Assembly (NCBI GenBank): GCA_037445065.1
Contig: JBBILD010000005.1
Location: 1-64,000 of the forward strand
DNA length: 64,000 nucleotides
DNA from: Myxococcales bacterium
Lineage (GTDB): Bacteria > Desulfobacterota > Binatia > HRBIN30
Direction: 5' to 3'
Part shown: in pieces, positions 1 to 9,681 of the stretch
Layout: every line of letters starts with the position of its first letter
How positions within the stretch are numbered: position 1 is the first letter of the stretch
The notes under the pieces: model-generated
Databases searched by the model: none
What the model saw: the letters and a program-made list of their open reading frames with translations, nothing else
What the model was told of the DNA's origin: nothing
Program-made: the position numbers and the translations under genes

Positions 1-1549
1 GATCCGTCTCAGCTACGGCTTGTACTACCAGCTCGACCATACGAGCCACATGCAACGGATCAAGCTGCCCGCGGGGGTCATGACTGCGGAGCAAGCGCGC
101 GCCATCGCGAAGGTGGCGGAAGAGTACGCGCGGGGCGTCCTCCACGTGACGACCCGGCAAGACATTCAGTTGCACTGGGTCGAGTTGAGCAACGTCATTC
201 CCATGTATGAGCGCCTGCACGCGGTTGGGATCTCAACCCGTGGCGCCTGCTCGGACAGCATCCGCAACATCACGGGCTGCTTCCATTCGGGCCTGCTGGC
301 CGGCGAACCTTTCGACATTATCCCGTACGTGTTCGCGCTGAACGAATACTTCCTGTTCCATCCTCTCAACCTGACTCTGCCACGCAAATTCAAGATTTCG
401 TTCTCCAGTTGCGCCTACGACTGCGTACAAGGTCCCGTGAACGACATTGCCTTCTACCCGCACGTCCGCGATGGCCAGCCCGGGTTCCGTGTACTTGCCG
501 GCGGCGGGCTCGGGGCGCAACCCTTCCTTGCCAAACCTGTGCAAGACTTCGTGCCTGCCGAGCAGTTGCTTTCGATTGCGGAAGCGATCGTGCGAGTTCA
601 GCACCGCCTCGGCGAGCGCAAGAACCGGAAGAAGGCGCGGATGAAGTACGTGGTACAGCGCCTGGGCCTCGAGAAATTCCGGGCAGAGGTGGAGGCCACC
701 TGGCGCCAAGTCGAAGCCGAAATGGGAGACGCGCTCCGTGCTGAACTCCGGGAATTGGTGGATTCCTATCGACCAGCGCCGCCGGTTTTGCCGCCTGCGC
801 CGCGCCCCACGCCGCGGGGCGGGGCGTTCGCTCGCTGGATCGACACGAACGTCTTTGCGCAAAAGCAAGAGGGATACTTTGGCGTTACCGTGGCGCTCCC
901 GTTGGGGGACATCACCAGCGAGCAATTGCGCTCCCTTGTGGTGCTGGCGGAGACGTACGGGTCGGGAGAGATCCGGACTTCGAACGACCAGAATCTGTTC
1001 CTGCCGTGGATCCCCGGCAACCAACTGGAGGTAGTCTGGCAGGAGCTATGCACCCTCGAGCTTGGAGCTCCTGACGCGCTGCACATCACGGACGTGGTCT
1101 CTTGTCCCGGCGCAGATTATTGCAGCCTGGCAGTCAGCCGCTCCATGGGCATGGCAGAACTCTTACGTACAGAATTGGCCAGTGCCCACCCGCTGATCGA
1201 GAAACTCGGAGTGTTCCGCATTCGGATCAGTGGTTGTCCGAACGCCTGCGGCCAACACCATGTGGGTGACATCGGCCTCACGGGCATGTCGTTGCAGGGG
1301 GAGGATGGGCTACACCATCCGCATTATTCTCTGCTGGTCGGTGCTCGCTTGGGTGAAGATGACGCGATGATCGGCAAACGGGTGCACGGCCGTTTCCCAA
1401 TTACGGAAGTGCCGAAGGTCGTGCGTGCCATCGCGGAGTGGTTTTGCCAGGAGCGACGCGCCGGGGAAAGTTTCGCTGACTTCGTCGCCCGGGTCGGGAC
1501 AGATCGTGTCAGCGAGGTTGCACGAGGGGCGGCAGCGGTTGTTCACTGA
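1..1549 (+). CDS. Ferredoxin-dependent nitrite/sulfite reductase hemoprotein (5' truncated by window)
   Basis: Frame open from the window edge; motifs TTRQDIQLH, RNITGC, LPRKFKI and siroheme/[4Fe-4S] ligands SCPGADYC...SGCPNACGQH. Confidence 0.9.
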   Translation, partial: IRLSYGLYYQLDHTSHMQRIKLPAGVMTAEQARAIAKVAEEYARGVLHVTTRQDIQLHWVELSNVIPMYERLHAVGISTRGACSDSIRNITGCFHSGLLAGEPFDIIPYVFALNEYFLFHPLNLTLPRKFKISFSSCAYDCVQGPVNDIAFYPHVRDGQPGFRVLAGGGLGAQPFLAKPVQDFVPAEQLLSIAEAIVRVQHRLGERKNRKKARMKYVVQRLGLEKFRAEVEATWRQVEAEMGDALRAELRELVDSYRPAPPVLPPAPRPTPRGGAFARWIDTNVFAQKQEGYFGVTVALPLGDITSEQLRSLVVLAETYGSGEIRTSNDQNLFLPWIPGNQLEVVWQELCTLELGAPDALHITDVVSCPGADYCSLAVSRSMGMAELLRTELASAHPLIEKLGVFRIRISGCPNACGQHHVGDIGLTGMSLQGEDGLHHPHYSLLVGARLGEDDAMIGKRVHGRFPITEVPKVVRAIAEWFCQERRAGESFADFVARVGTDRVSEVARGAAAVVH

Positions 1550-1550
1550 A

Positions 1551-1934
1551 ATGCCTGCGGACGGCGACAGCCGCGAGGCACAAGTACTTTTGGGGAATTT
1601 CTATCGCGGCCGAATCGTGCGCCTACGTCACGGTAGCCAAACAGGTATAATCCGAGCCGAAGGAAGCGGGCGACTCATCCCATTCCGCTTCAACCTTGTG
1701 CGGCTGCTCGGCGTAGAAAGCTTCCGGGATCTGCAAGAGGGGATGATTGTCGGCTTCGACGTGGGCTGGACCTCTGGAGGCCTGCGGGTGTCGCTGATCA
1801 AGGTTTTCTCGGAGGAGCCCACCACAGAAGCTGCGGCTGCGGGCCCGCAAGAGGGCTCCGCACCTGCGTCCTGCCCCAGCGAACTCGAACAGGGGGTTGA
1901 CCAGGCTAACAAACCAGACACCTCTTCCAACTGA
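1551..1934 (+). CDS. Small cold-shock/OB-fold-like protein with acidic low-complexity tail
   Basis: ATG 1 nt after the reductase stop; pattern G-x-I...G-I-I...F-x-x-L-x-E-G-x-x-V-x-F resembles a cold-shock domain. Confidence 0.55.
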   Translation: MPADGDSREAQVLLGNFYRGRIVRLRHGSQTGIIRAEGSGRLIPFRFNLVRLLGVESFRDLQEGMIVGFDVGWTSGGLRVSLIKVFSEEPTTEAAAAGPQEGSAPASCPSELEQGVDQANKPDTSSN

Positions 1935-2051
1935 CCCTCGTGCCACCAGCTTCTCACGGCACGGTTCGAGCGAAACTGCGCGCATCCGCATTGTTCTCGT
2001 CTCAAGTCGGCCCTAAAGCCGCTTGCACATCGCAAAGATGGTCTTAGCCCG

Positions 2052-2426
2052 TCACTTGGCCCCTGAGAAGCTGAAGCGGCCGCCGGTCCACTTCCTCCGA
2101 CTCAGAATGACGCTCAGGACAAGGGCGAGCACACCGAGAAGCATCAGGACCCGGCCCCCAAACTCGACGGTCCGGTAAAATTCGAGTTTCTGGCGAGTCG
2201 CGGCTGCACGTCCGAACGGGACGCGAAACGCCTGCAGCAGGCCCCGGTTTGTGGTGGCGGAGAGATTCGGGAAATCTTCGTGCGGCACCACTCCTGCGCC
2301 ACCGTCAAACTGGGCGAGCAGGATGGCGTGCTCCTGCACCTTTTGTGAACCTACCCACCAGTTTCCGGCCCCCAGCACAAAGAGCGCCAGGCCAGCCCAC
2401 AGTAAAACCGCCGGCACGCGCTTCAT
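2052..2426 (-). CDS. Hypothetical membrane protein (2 TM)
   Basis: Hydrophobic N- and C-terminal segments; start at MKRVPAVLLW assumed. Confidence 0.6.
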   Translation of the reverse strand: MKRVPAVLLWAGLALFVLGAGNWWVGSQKVQEHAILLAQFDGGAGVVPHEDFPNLSATTNRGLLQAFRVPFGRAAATRQKLEFYRTVEFGGRVLMLLGVLALVLSVILSRRKWTGGRFSFSGAK

Positions 2427-2559
2427 GACCGCCCAGCGTAGCGCGCCTTTGCATGTAGCTGCCAGAGCGCGAGAAGCTCCTTGCATCAACGCGTACCCTG
2501 CTGCCATGCTGGGATACGAGCGAACCTCGGAACTCGGCGTGCTGGGGTTCGGTTATCCC

Positions 2560-3522
2560 ATGAATACGGACAAACTCCTCGAACGAATGATGCAAGGGGA
2601 TCGCCGTGCCCTGGCGCGGCTCATGACCTTGGTTGAAAACGGCCACCCGCAGACCAGTTTGATCTTGAGTCGCATCCATCCGCGCTGCGGGAACGCCTAT
2701 GTCGTCGGATTCACCGGTCCACCCGGGGCAGGGAAGTCTACGTTGGTGGATCGGGTCACTGGGCTCCTGCGCCAGGATGGCAAGTCAGTGGGGATTGTCG
2801 CCATTGACCCTTCCAGTCCCTTTTCTGGTGGAGCAGTCCTGGGAGACCGAATTCGCATGCAATCCCACTACCTGGATGACTCTGTGTTCATCCGCAGTAT
2901 GAGCACGCGCGGTAGTCATGGCGGACTCTCGCGTACCACTCGCCAGATCATTCAACTGCTTGACGCCTTCGGGAAGGAGTTCATCCTGGTGGAAACTGTG
3001 GGCGTCGGGCAAACCGAACTCGATGTGATGCGGGTTGCAGACACCACCGTGGTGGTACTGGTCCCCGAGGCTGGGGACACGATCCAAACCATGAAAGCTG
3101 GGCTGCTCGAGATCGCGGATATTTTTGTGGTCAACAAAGCAGACCGCGAGGGAGCCGGGCGGCTCAAGAGCGAACTCGAGGCCATGCTGCAGATCCGGCC
3201 CGAAGGAGAGTGGACCGTGCCGGTGCTGCTCACTCAGGCAGCAAATGGAAGCGGTGTAGAGGAACTCCTGCAGTTCATTTACAAACACCGGATTTTTCGC
3301 GAGCACAGTGGGCTCCGAGCACAAGAAAATACCGCCGCACGGCAAGAGGAGTTTTTACAGGCTCTGCAGGAGGAACTCGCTCGCCGTGTCCAACGAGCCG
3401 CCGACGCGGGCCGCTTGGCGTCCGTTTTCGACCGGTTGCGACGTGGAGAAACCGACCCATACCGTGCCGCGCTCGAAGTCGTGGAGCAACCTGACCAACT
3501 GCTGGCCGTTTTGGGTTCATGA
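2560..3522 (+). CDS. meaB: MeaB/ArgK family GTPase (methylmalonyl-CoA mutase chaperone)
   Basis: GPPGAGKST, DPSSPFSGGAVLGDRIRM, ETVGVGQ, NKAD. Confidence 0.92.
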   Translation: MNTDKLLERMMQGDRRALARLMTLVENGHPQTSLILSRIHPRCGNAYVVGFTGPPGAGKSTLVDRVTGLLRQDGKSVGIVAIDPSSPFSGGAVLGDRIRMQSHYLDDSVFIRSMSTRGSHGGLSRTTRQIIQLLDAFGKEFILVETVGVGQTELDVMRVADTTVVVLVPEAGDTIQTMKAGLLEIADIFVVNKADREGAGRLKSELEAMLQIRPEGEWTVPVLLTQAANGSGVEELLQFIYKHRIFREHSGLRAQENTAARQEEFLQALQEELARRVQRAADAGRLASVFDRLRRGETDPYRAALEVVEQPDQLLAVLGS

Positions 3523-4232
3523 TGAACGAGGGCCGTTGTTTCGTCATCGGAGACATCCACGGATGCATCGAGGAGCTGGAAATTCTCCTGAACAGCCTCG
3601 CCCCGGGCTCTGACGATACGGTCGTGTTCCTAGGAGATTACGTCGATCGCGGCCCGGATTCAAAGGCGGTGGTGGATCGGCTGATCCGGTTGCAGGGAGA
3701 GGTCGGGCGTTGCGTCTTCCTCAAAGGCAACCACGAGGACATGTTTCTGGCCTTTGCCGGCCAACCTGGTCATCACGGGCAGGCATTCCTTTACAACGGC
3801 GGCGATGCCACCCTGCGCAGTTACGGTCTCGAGGGGTACGTGGGTCCCGCTCTCTGGGAACGCCTTCCAGACGACCACAAGCTTTTCTTCCTGCGCCTGG
3901 TACTCCACTACCGGAGTGGAGATTTTCTCTGCGTGCATGCGGGGCTCAATCCAGCGCAGCCTCTAGACGGGCAAAGCGAGGAGGATCTCCTCTGGATTCG
4001 CGGTGAGTGGATCCGCGCAAGCCATAACTACGGGTTTACGGTGTTGTTCGGTCACACACCGATGCGCATGCCTTTTGTTCACTGGCCGTACAAGATCGGA
4101 CTGGATACGGGCTTGGTCTACGGGAATGCGTTGACCTGTTTCGAGACTTCCGAGCGCCGGTTCTGGCAAGTACGGCGAGGAGAGACTCAAGTTCGGGAAT
4201 GGATCCCCAACCGGGTGATCCCGATGCCGTGA
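3519..4232 (+). CDS. Ser/Thr protein phosphatase-family metallophosphoesterase
   Basis: GDIHG, GDYVDRG, GNHE, HAG, GHTP, DTG motifs; ATGA overlap with meaB. Confidence 0.9.
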   Translation: MMNEGRCFVIGDIHGCIEELEILLNSLAPGSDDTVVFLGDYVDRGPDSKAVVDRLIRLQGEVGRCVFLKGNHEDMFLAFAGQPGHHGQAFLYNGGDATLRSYGLEGYVGPALWERLPDDHKLFFLRLVLHYRSGDFLCVHAGLNPAQPLDGQSEEDLLWIRGEWIRASHNYGFTVLFGHTPMRMPFVHWPYKIGLDTGLVYGNALTCFETSERRFWQVRRGETQVREWIPNRVIPMP

Positions 4233-4323
4233 GCAAACGGAGTATGCTTGCGTCGGGGCCCTCCAGTGTGCGGGGAACCCGCAAGGCCGCTGGAGCTTCC
4301 TCTTGCTGAGCGGCGCTCGCGTT

Positions 4324-4785
4324 TTAACTTACCGTGGCAAGCGAGGACGCAGAACGGACCCGCGGCGCACCGCATGGCACGGCGCGTTTCCTCCGACGCC
4401 GCACCTGCAAATACAACCGGCCGCCATGCTTTTGTTGGCGGATCCAGGACTCTTGAACACGGGAGGCGTAGCGGCGCACGGGTTTCGATGCCTCGTTCTG
4501 AGGTGGCTGTGAGATACATCGGCGGATGTAGTCTGCATTCAATCCCAGAGCATCACAAATGCACTCGAAGGCAAAAGGATGACTGCGATCCGGCGACAGA
4601 AACCAGCTCATTTCCCTCACCAGCTCGCGTTCCCTCACCAGCGGCAGCGGATGAGTCGATCTCTCCTTTTGTAGCGTGCGCGTCACCCGTACCGCATCAA
4701 TCAGTACCGCTAACATGAGCCGCCGTTCACCGTCGGGCGGCAATGCATCTACGAAATCCAGCCCTAGTCCTCTCCTCCTAGTCAC
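4324..4785 (-). CDS. Conserved hypothetical protein
   Basis: GTG start after AGGGAGGGAG RBS; ERRLMLAVLxDA...WF...FxFExICxxLG pattern; basic C-terminus. Confidence 0.7.
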   Translation of the reverse strand: MTRRRGLGLDFVDALPPDGERRLMLAVLIDAVRVTRTLQKERSTHPLPLVRERELVREMSWFLSPDRSHPFAFECICDALGLNADYIRRCISQPPQNEASKPVRRYASRVQESWIRQQKHGGRLYLQVRRRRKRAVPCGAPRVRSASSLATVS

Positions 4786-4922
4786 GGCTCCCTCCCTTGC
4801 AGCACCCCCAAAACTACAGCGCGGCATTCAAGGCGACTATCGGGGAATTTGGGTAGTTTCGCCCACGAGGTTGTGGAGAACGAAGACCGGATTTCTCGCA
4901 CCAATCGGCTTCGATCCCAGCG

Positions 4923-5384
4923 TCAGTAGCCTGAAAAGTGCCGCAACGTCACCGCTCGCAGCCCCGCCGCTTGAGCAATGGCAGACCAGATGACCTCGGG
5001 TTCTTCCGCTTTGCAGAGGAACCCGACTGCACCCACGGCGAGCGCCCGCGCCAGGTACTCGGGGTCTTTCTGAGCCGACACCAGTAGGACCTTCACCTTC
5101 GGCACCTCCACCCGCAACCGCGCCGTAGCGGCAAGGCCGTCGAGGTCCGGCATGTGTAGATCCATGAGCACAACGTCGGATTTCAGAGCACGAGCGAGGG
5201 CAACGGCTTGTTCCCCGTCCGCCGCTTCGCTCACCACCTCGGCCCAAGGGAGAAACTCGACAAGCCTGCGCAGACTCGCCCGCAAGGCATCGTGGTCATC
5301 GACCAGCAAGACCCGGATCTTTCGCGATGCGTGCATGTCCATCCCGAGAGCCAGCCTTGTGGCTTTGCGACAATGCCAAGGCAT
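4923..5384 (-). CDS. Stand-alone response regulator receiver domain protein
   Basis: LLVDDH, MDLHMP, VSA and conserved K; no output domain; true start probably near 5342. Confidence 0.85.
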   Translation of the reverse strand: MPWHCRKATRLALGMDMHASRKIRVLLVDDHDALRASLRRLVEFLPWAEVVSEAADGEQAVALARALKSDVVLMDLHMPDLDGLAATARLRVEVPKVKVLLVSAQKDPEYLARALAVGAVGFLCKAEEPEVIWSAIAQAAGLRAVTLRHFSGY

Positions 5385-5479
5385 TCACGGTAAATAGGGA
5401 TTCCTCGCAAACGAAATCGGGGATGAAGGATCCGTTCTTCCGGTCCCGGGCTACCGGTCCCGCACCGACCTGCAGGCTC

Positions 5480-6139
5480 CTAATCCACCAATCCCTTGCG
5501 AACCGCGAAGCGCACGATCGCGGCGGTCGAGTGCAGGCCCAGCTTGTCCATGATGTGCTTGCGGTGCGTTTCTACGGTGCTCACGCTCAAATCCAACAGT
5601 TGTGCGATCTCCTTACTGCTCTTTCCTTCGGCAACCAGTTGGAGCACCTCTCGTTCTCGGTCGGAAAGACGCCCGAGTTCGTCTTCGGCAGGACTGCCCC
5701 CTTTACCACTCAAGAAGCCCTTCCGCACCATGCCCGAAATGGACGGGCTGAAATAGGATCCACCTTCGCTGAGAGCCAGAACTGCCTTGGTCAAGTCGAG
5801 ATCGTCGGCATCCTTGACCAAATACCCACGAGCCCCCGCGCTCAGCGCACGGCGCACATAGGCCGGGTCAGAATGCATGGACAAGATCAGCACTCGGGTC
5901 CGTGGTGCCAAGCGGCGTAGTTGGCGCGTGACTTCCACGCCGTTCAACAACGGCAGCGTAATATCGACAACGGCCACATCCGGCTGGCATCGCTGCGCAA
6001 GCTGCAACGCCTCTCGCCCGTCCCCCGCCTCGGCGACCACCTGGATCTCCGGTTGCGTTTCGAGGACGCGGCGCAAGCCCTTGCGGACCACAGTGTGGTC
6101 CTCAACCAACAGCACGTTGATGGTCTTCGACCCCGGCAC
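5480..6139 (-). CDS. NarL/LuxR-family DNA-binding response regulator
   Basis: REC domain plus LSDREREVL...GKSSKEIA...TVETHR HTH. Confidence 0.95.
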   Translation of the reverse strand: MPGSKTINVLLVEDHTVVRKGLRRVLETQPEIQVVAEAGDGREALQLAQRCQPDVAVVDITLPLLNGVEVTRQLRRLAPRTRVLILSMHSDPAYVRRALSAGARGYLVKDADDLDLTKAVLALSEGGSYFSPSISGMVRKGFLSGKGGSPAEDELGRLSDREREVLQLVAEGKSSKEIAQLLDLSVSTVETHRKHIMDKLGLHSTAAIVRFAVRKGLVD

Positions 6140-7472
6140 TTACGCTTTCCCCCCTTCGCACGCGCTTGGGAAGCTCGAGCACAATTTCCGTTCCCTTCCC
6201 AGGTTGCGAGTCAACTTGCAAGCGGCCCTCGTACAAATGGGCACGCTCTCTCATCCCGACCAGACCCAGGCCGGAGACTGAGCGCTCTAAATCGCCCCCT
6301 CCGGTCTTCAGGCCCTGGCCATCGTCACGGACCCGAAGCAAAACCGTCTCTCCGTGACTTTTGAGACTCACCCACACCCTCCTTGCGGAAGCGTGCCGCG
6401 CCACGTTCGTGAGCGCCTCTTGCAGGGTCCGGTACAAGGCCAGCTCCAAAGGCCGTTCGAGTGAAGGTTCTTCCGACGGCAAGTCCAAGTGCACTTCTAG
6501 CCCAGTCCGCTCTGCAAAGCGTCTCGCATAAGACTCCACGGCGGCAGAAAGTCCTAAGTCGTCCAGTACGGCTGGGCGGAGCAACTGTGCCAAATTTCGA
6601 ATACTCTGCAGGACCGCGCCTAGTTGCTGGCGGGCCGCACAGAGCTGCGCACGTGTCGTGCTGGTAGCCGGAAGCTCCCGTTCTACACGGGCCAGGTCTA
6701 AGCGGATCGCGGTAAGCGCTTGCCCGAGGTCATCATGTAGCTCCCGCGAGACAAGTTGCATCGTGGATTCACTCACTTGCACCAAGCGCTCCGACAACTC
6801 CCGCAAGAGTTTCTGATCGAGCAAAGACTGGGCGTAGAGCTGCTGCTGAACCGTCAGGGCAGCCGCCAGGTTCCTTTCCCGCTCTGCCAGCTCGCGAAAG
6901 AAGCGCAGCGCACCGATTGCCCCGACGGTAAACAAAAGAACCCCGAAGGCCAGAGTAATTTGCTGCCGGGTTGCCTCGGGCACTTTTGCCAAGGCATCCG
7001 AATGCTCGAATCCAGCTTTTCCACTCGCCCACAACAGGAGAACCAGTGCAAGCGTTACGCACAAGCTCCACACGCCCGTACGCACGCTGTAAATGAGCCC
7101 GTAGTTGCCCACTTTGATGACGAAAATTGCTAGCAGGGGGCTATACAGGCCGCCGGACCAGTGGGCCGCCGCAGCCATCGGCAACAAGTTGGCCACGATA
7201 TCCGCCCAAACGAGGCGAGGGGTCAGTTCGCAGCGTCGCTGGGGGACGATCAAGAGAACATTTGCGAGTGCATACAGGAGAAAATTCAATCGGATGAGCC
7301 ACGGGTGCCCAGTCAGGCCAGCGTAAAACAGCTCCAAAACGAGCCAGGCTCCGAGGCCCTCGATCAGGCGCGCCCCGAGCATGTGAAAAGCCCGGTCTCG
7401 GATTCGCTCTAAACAAATACCACCCCTTTGGGGCTCCATCGGTAGAACGGCCGAGTGCGCTCCCTGCGGCAT
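6102..7472 (-). CDS. Membrane sensor histidine kinase (HisKA_3 type)
   Basis: Multi-TM N-terminus; RELHDDLGQ H-box, QEALTNVARH, DDGQG, GLGLVGMRER; start uncertain. Confidence 0.92.
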   Translation of the reverse strand: MPQGAHSAVLPMEPQRGGICLERIRDRAFHMLGARLIEGLGAWLVLELFYAGLTGHPWLIRLNFLLYALANVLLIVPQRRCELTPRLVWADIVANLLPMAAAAHWSGGLYSPLLAIFVIKVGNYGLIYSVRTGVWSLCVTLALVLLLWASGKAGFEHSDALAKVPEATRQQITLAFGVLLFTVGAIGALRFFRELAERERNLAAALTVQQQLYAQSLLDQKLLRELSERLVQVSESTMQLVSRELHDDLGQALTAIRLDLARVERELPATSTTRAQLCAARQQLGAVLQSIRNLAQLLRPAVLDDLGLSAAVESYARRFAERTGLEVHLDLPSEEPSLERPLELALYRTLQEALTNVARHASARRVWVSLKSHGETVLLRVRDDGQGLKTGGGDLERSVSGLGLVGMRERAHLYEGRLQVDSQPGKGTEIVLELPKRVRRGESVSAGVEDHQRAVG

Positions 7473-7544
7473 CTTCCCGTGCTCTCGCAGGTCACCATAT
7501 CCCGAAAAGAGCCGGAAAAGAAAGCCTTCTTCATCCCGGATTTC

Positions 7545-9038
7545 CTACGCGCGGCCATGGCCGAGCCGTTCGACCTTTTCCCGCAAGTAGGCCAACAAAG
7601 GCTCCGGAGACGGTTCCTGTCCCGTCGCACGCCGCATTAGCTCGCGAGCCCGGTAGAGTCGGCCGAAGCAAAAGATTCTTTCATGCAGCCACTCCCGAAT
7701 CGGGTGGAACTCGCCGTTCTGCAACAGCTTGCCTAGATCACCCAGGTCCTTCCCCATCGCTCGAAACAACTGGACGGCAAAGACGTTGCCCAAGGAGTAG
7801 GTGGGAAAGTACCCGAACGCACCGCTCGGCCAATGAATGTCCTGGAGCACACCCTCGCGATCGCTTTGCGGCCTGACGCCAAGCAAATCCTGCATTCCTT
7901 GGTTCCAAGCGGCGGGCAGGTCCTCGACTGCCAATGCACCCGCGATCAGAGCGCGTTCCAGAGAAAACCGCAACGCGATGTGCAAGTTGTAACTCACCTC
8001 GTCCGCATCCGTGCGAATCAGCGACGGTCGTACTTGGTTTACCGACTGAACGACCGCGTTGACACCTGACGAAGCAAGGGAAGGGAACAACGCGACCAGC
8101 TTCGGCCAAAGAAACTGCCAGAACTGCTCATGGCGACCGATGAGATTCTCCCACAGCCGGGATTGAGCCTCATGCATCCCGAGCGAGCAGGCAATCCCGC
8201 GCGGCAAGCCATACGCTCGAGAGTCCAAGCCTTGCTCGTACAGGGCGTGGCCCGCCTCATGGAGCGTCGAGAAGAGAGCTTCGCGGAGGTCCGCTTCATC
8301 ATACCGCGTCGTGATGCGGTGATCCTGCCCGACCGTGATCGAGAATGGGTGCAAGGACTCGTCGAGTCGGCCCCGCCGGAAATCGAAGCCGAGCCACTCG
8401 AGCAGGTATGTACACAGCCGGTGTTGCTCCGCGACCGGAAACGGTCCCTGCCATCGTACTTCCTCCCCCATCGGGGCTCGATGCAGCAGATCCTGACACG
8501 CTGGCGTGAGAACCGTGAAGAGCTGCTCGAGATTCCTCGCACTGGCCCCAGGCTCGTATTCTTCCAAAAGTACCTGGTAGGGGTCTTGTCGCGAATCCAC
8601 GTATGCAGCAAATTCTCGCTCCACCTGAACCACGCGGGTTAGAGCGGGAGCCAAGATGGAGAAATCGTCGTGCGTGCGGGCTTCTGCCCAAGCCGCTCGA
8701 CCGGTTGCATGGACGCGGGCGCGCTCGGCGACGAAATCGGCGGGAAGCTGTCGGACTCGGTCTGCCTGCCATTTGACTTCCCGCAAATTTCTCTGCTGCT
8801 CCTCCCCCAGCTCTGAACTCCGTTCGTGCAGCTCATCCACCAGCGCCAAAAACCCTGGCTCGACGGTGGCCTGATGCACCAGCATTGCCAGCAGGGCGAG
8901 TTGTTCCGCGCGGGTCGACAAGGCACCAGCCGGCATGTACGTTGCCTGGTCCCACTCGAGAAGTCTCATCACATTCGCGAGATGAGCCTGCCTGCGCAAA
9001 TGAGCCGTGAGGCTCTGGTACAGTTCACCCACCGTCAA
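7545..9038 (-). CDS. M32 family carboxypeptidase (Taq type)
   Basis: HPF, HEAGHALYEQ, HEAQS, IRTDADE, QDIHW, GYFPTYSLG. Confidence 0.95.
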   Translation of the reverse strand: MTVGELYQSLTAHLRRQAHLANVMRLLEWDQATYMPAGALSTRAEQLALLAMLVHQATVEPGFLALVDELHERSSELGEEQQRNLREVKWQADRVRQLPADFVAERARVHATGRAAWAEARTHDDFSILAPALTRVVQVEREFAAYVDSRQDPYQVLLEEYEPGASARNLEQLFTVLTPACQDLLHRAPMGEEVRWQGPFPVAEQHRLCTYLLEWLGFDFRRGRLDESLHPFSITVGQDHRITTRYDEADLREALFSTLHEAGHALYEQGLDSRAYGLPRGIACSLGMHEAQSRLWENLIGRHEQFWQFLWPKLVALFPSLASSGVNAVVQSVNQVRPSLIRTDADEVSYNLHIALRFSLERALIAGALAVEDLPAAWNQGMQDLLGVRPQSDREGVLQDIHWPSGAFGYFPTYSLGNVFAVQLFRAMGKDLGDLGKLLQNGEFHPIREWLHERIFCFGRLYRARELMRRATGQEPSPEPLLAYLREKVERLGHGRA

Positions 9039-9112
9039 GCAGCCCGTCGCCTCCGCCTTGCTGGTTTCCAGGTTCCATGCCTTGTCGCGTCGCGCATTCG
9101 AGCGAGGCTTTG

Positions 9113-9652
9113 TTACCGCGCCGACTGAGCGGCTCCGCGGGCCCGCACATGCGCGTCGGCAAGAAACAGCGCTAAGGCGCTCTTCGCGTCCACCAATTCC
9201 CCACTGACAATCATCGCGAGGGCTGTTTGGAGCGGCACCCGGTGAACACTGATGACTTCGTCCGCTTCCAATTTTTGTGGAGCGGGAGACAGTTCCTCGG
9301 CGAGAAACAGGTGAATCCGCTCATCCGTAAACCCCGGCGTGGTAAAGATCGTGCCGAGTCGAGTGAGGCGGTTGGCCGCAAGGCCGGCTTCCTCGGCTAG
9401 TTCCCGAATCGCGCAGACTGCCGGGTCTTCGCCGTCTAACTTCCCTGCCGGCACTTCCCAGATGAACCCTCCGGCAGCGTAACGGAACTGCCGGATCAGA
9501 CTGACCGAGCCGTCCGCATGGAGCGGCACGACCGCTGCCGCGCCCGGGTGATGGATCACTTCGAGCTGGGTACGGTGGCCATTCGGCAAATCAACCGTTT
9601 CGAGCCACAAATCCACCACTCGGCCTCGATACAGCGGCTTGCGCTCAGCCAT
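9113..9652 (-). CDS. NUDIX hydrolase (ADP-ribose pyrophosphatase-like)
   Basis: EVPAGKLD...AIRELAEEAG Nudix box; RQFRY; TPGFTDE. Confidence 0.92.
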   Translation of the reverse strand: MAERKPLYRGRVVDLWLETVDLPNGHRTQLEVIHHPGAAAVVPLHADGSVSLIRQFRYAAGGFIWEVPAGKLDGEDPAVCAIRELAEEAGLAANRLTRLGTIFTTPGFTDERIHLFLAEELSPAPQKLEADEVISVHRVPLQTALAMIVSGELVDAKSALALFLADAHVRARGAAQSAR

Positions 9653-9681
9653 GTTCCGACTTCCTTGTCCTCCGTGTTTTC

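Noticed and set aside
5345..5400. c-di-GMP-I riboswitch upstream of the REC-only gene (minus strand GTCGCAAAGCC after a hairpin)
   Set aside because: Lacks the GGCAAA element and GNRA tetraloop, and overlaps the probable start region
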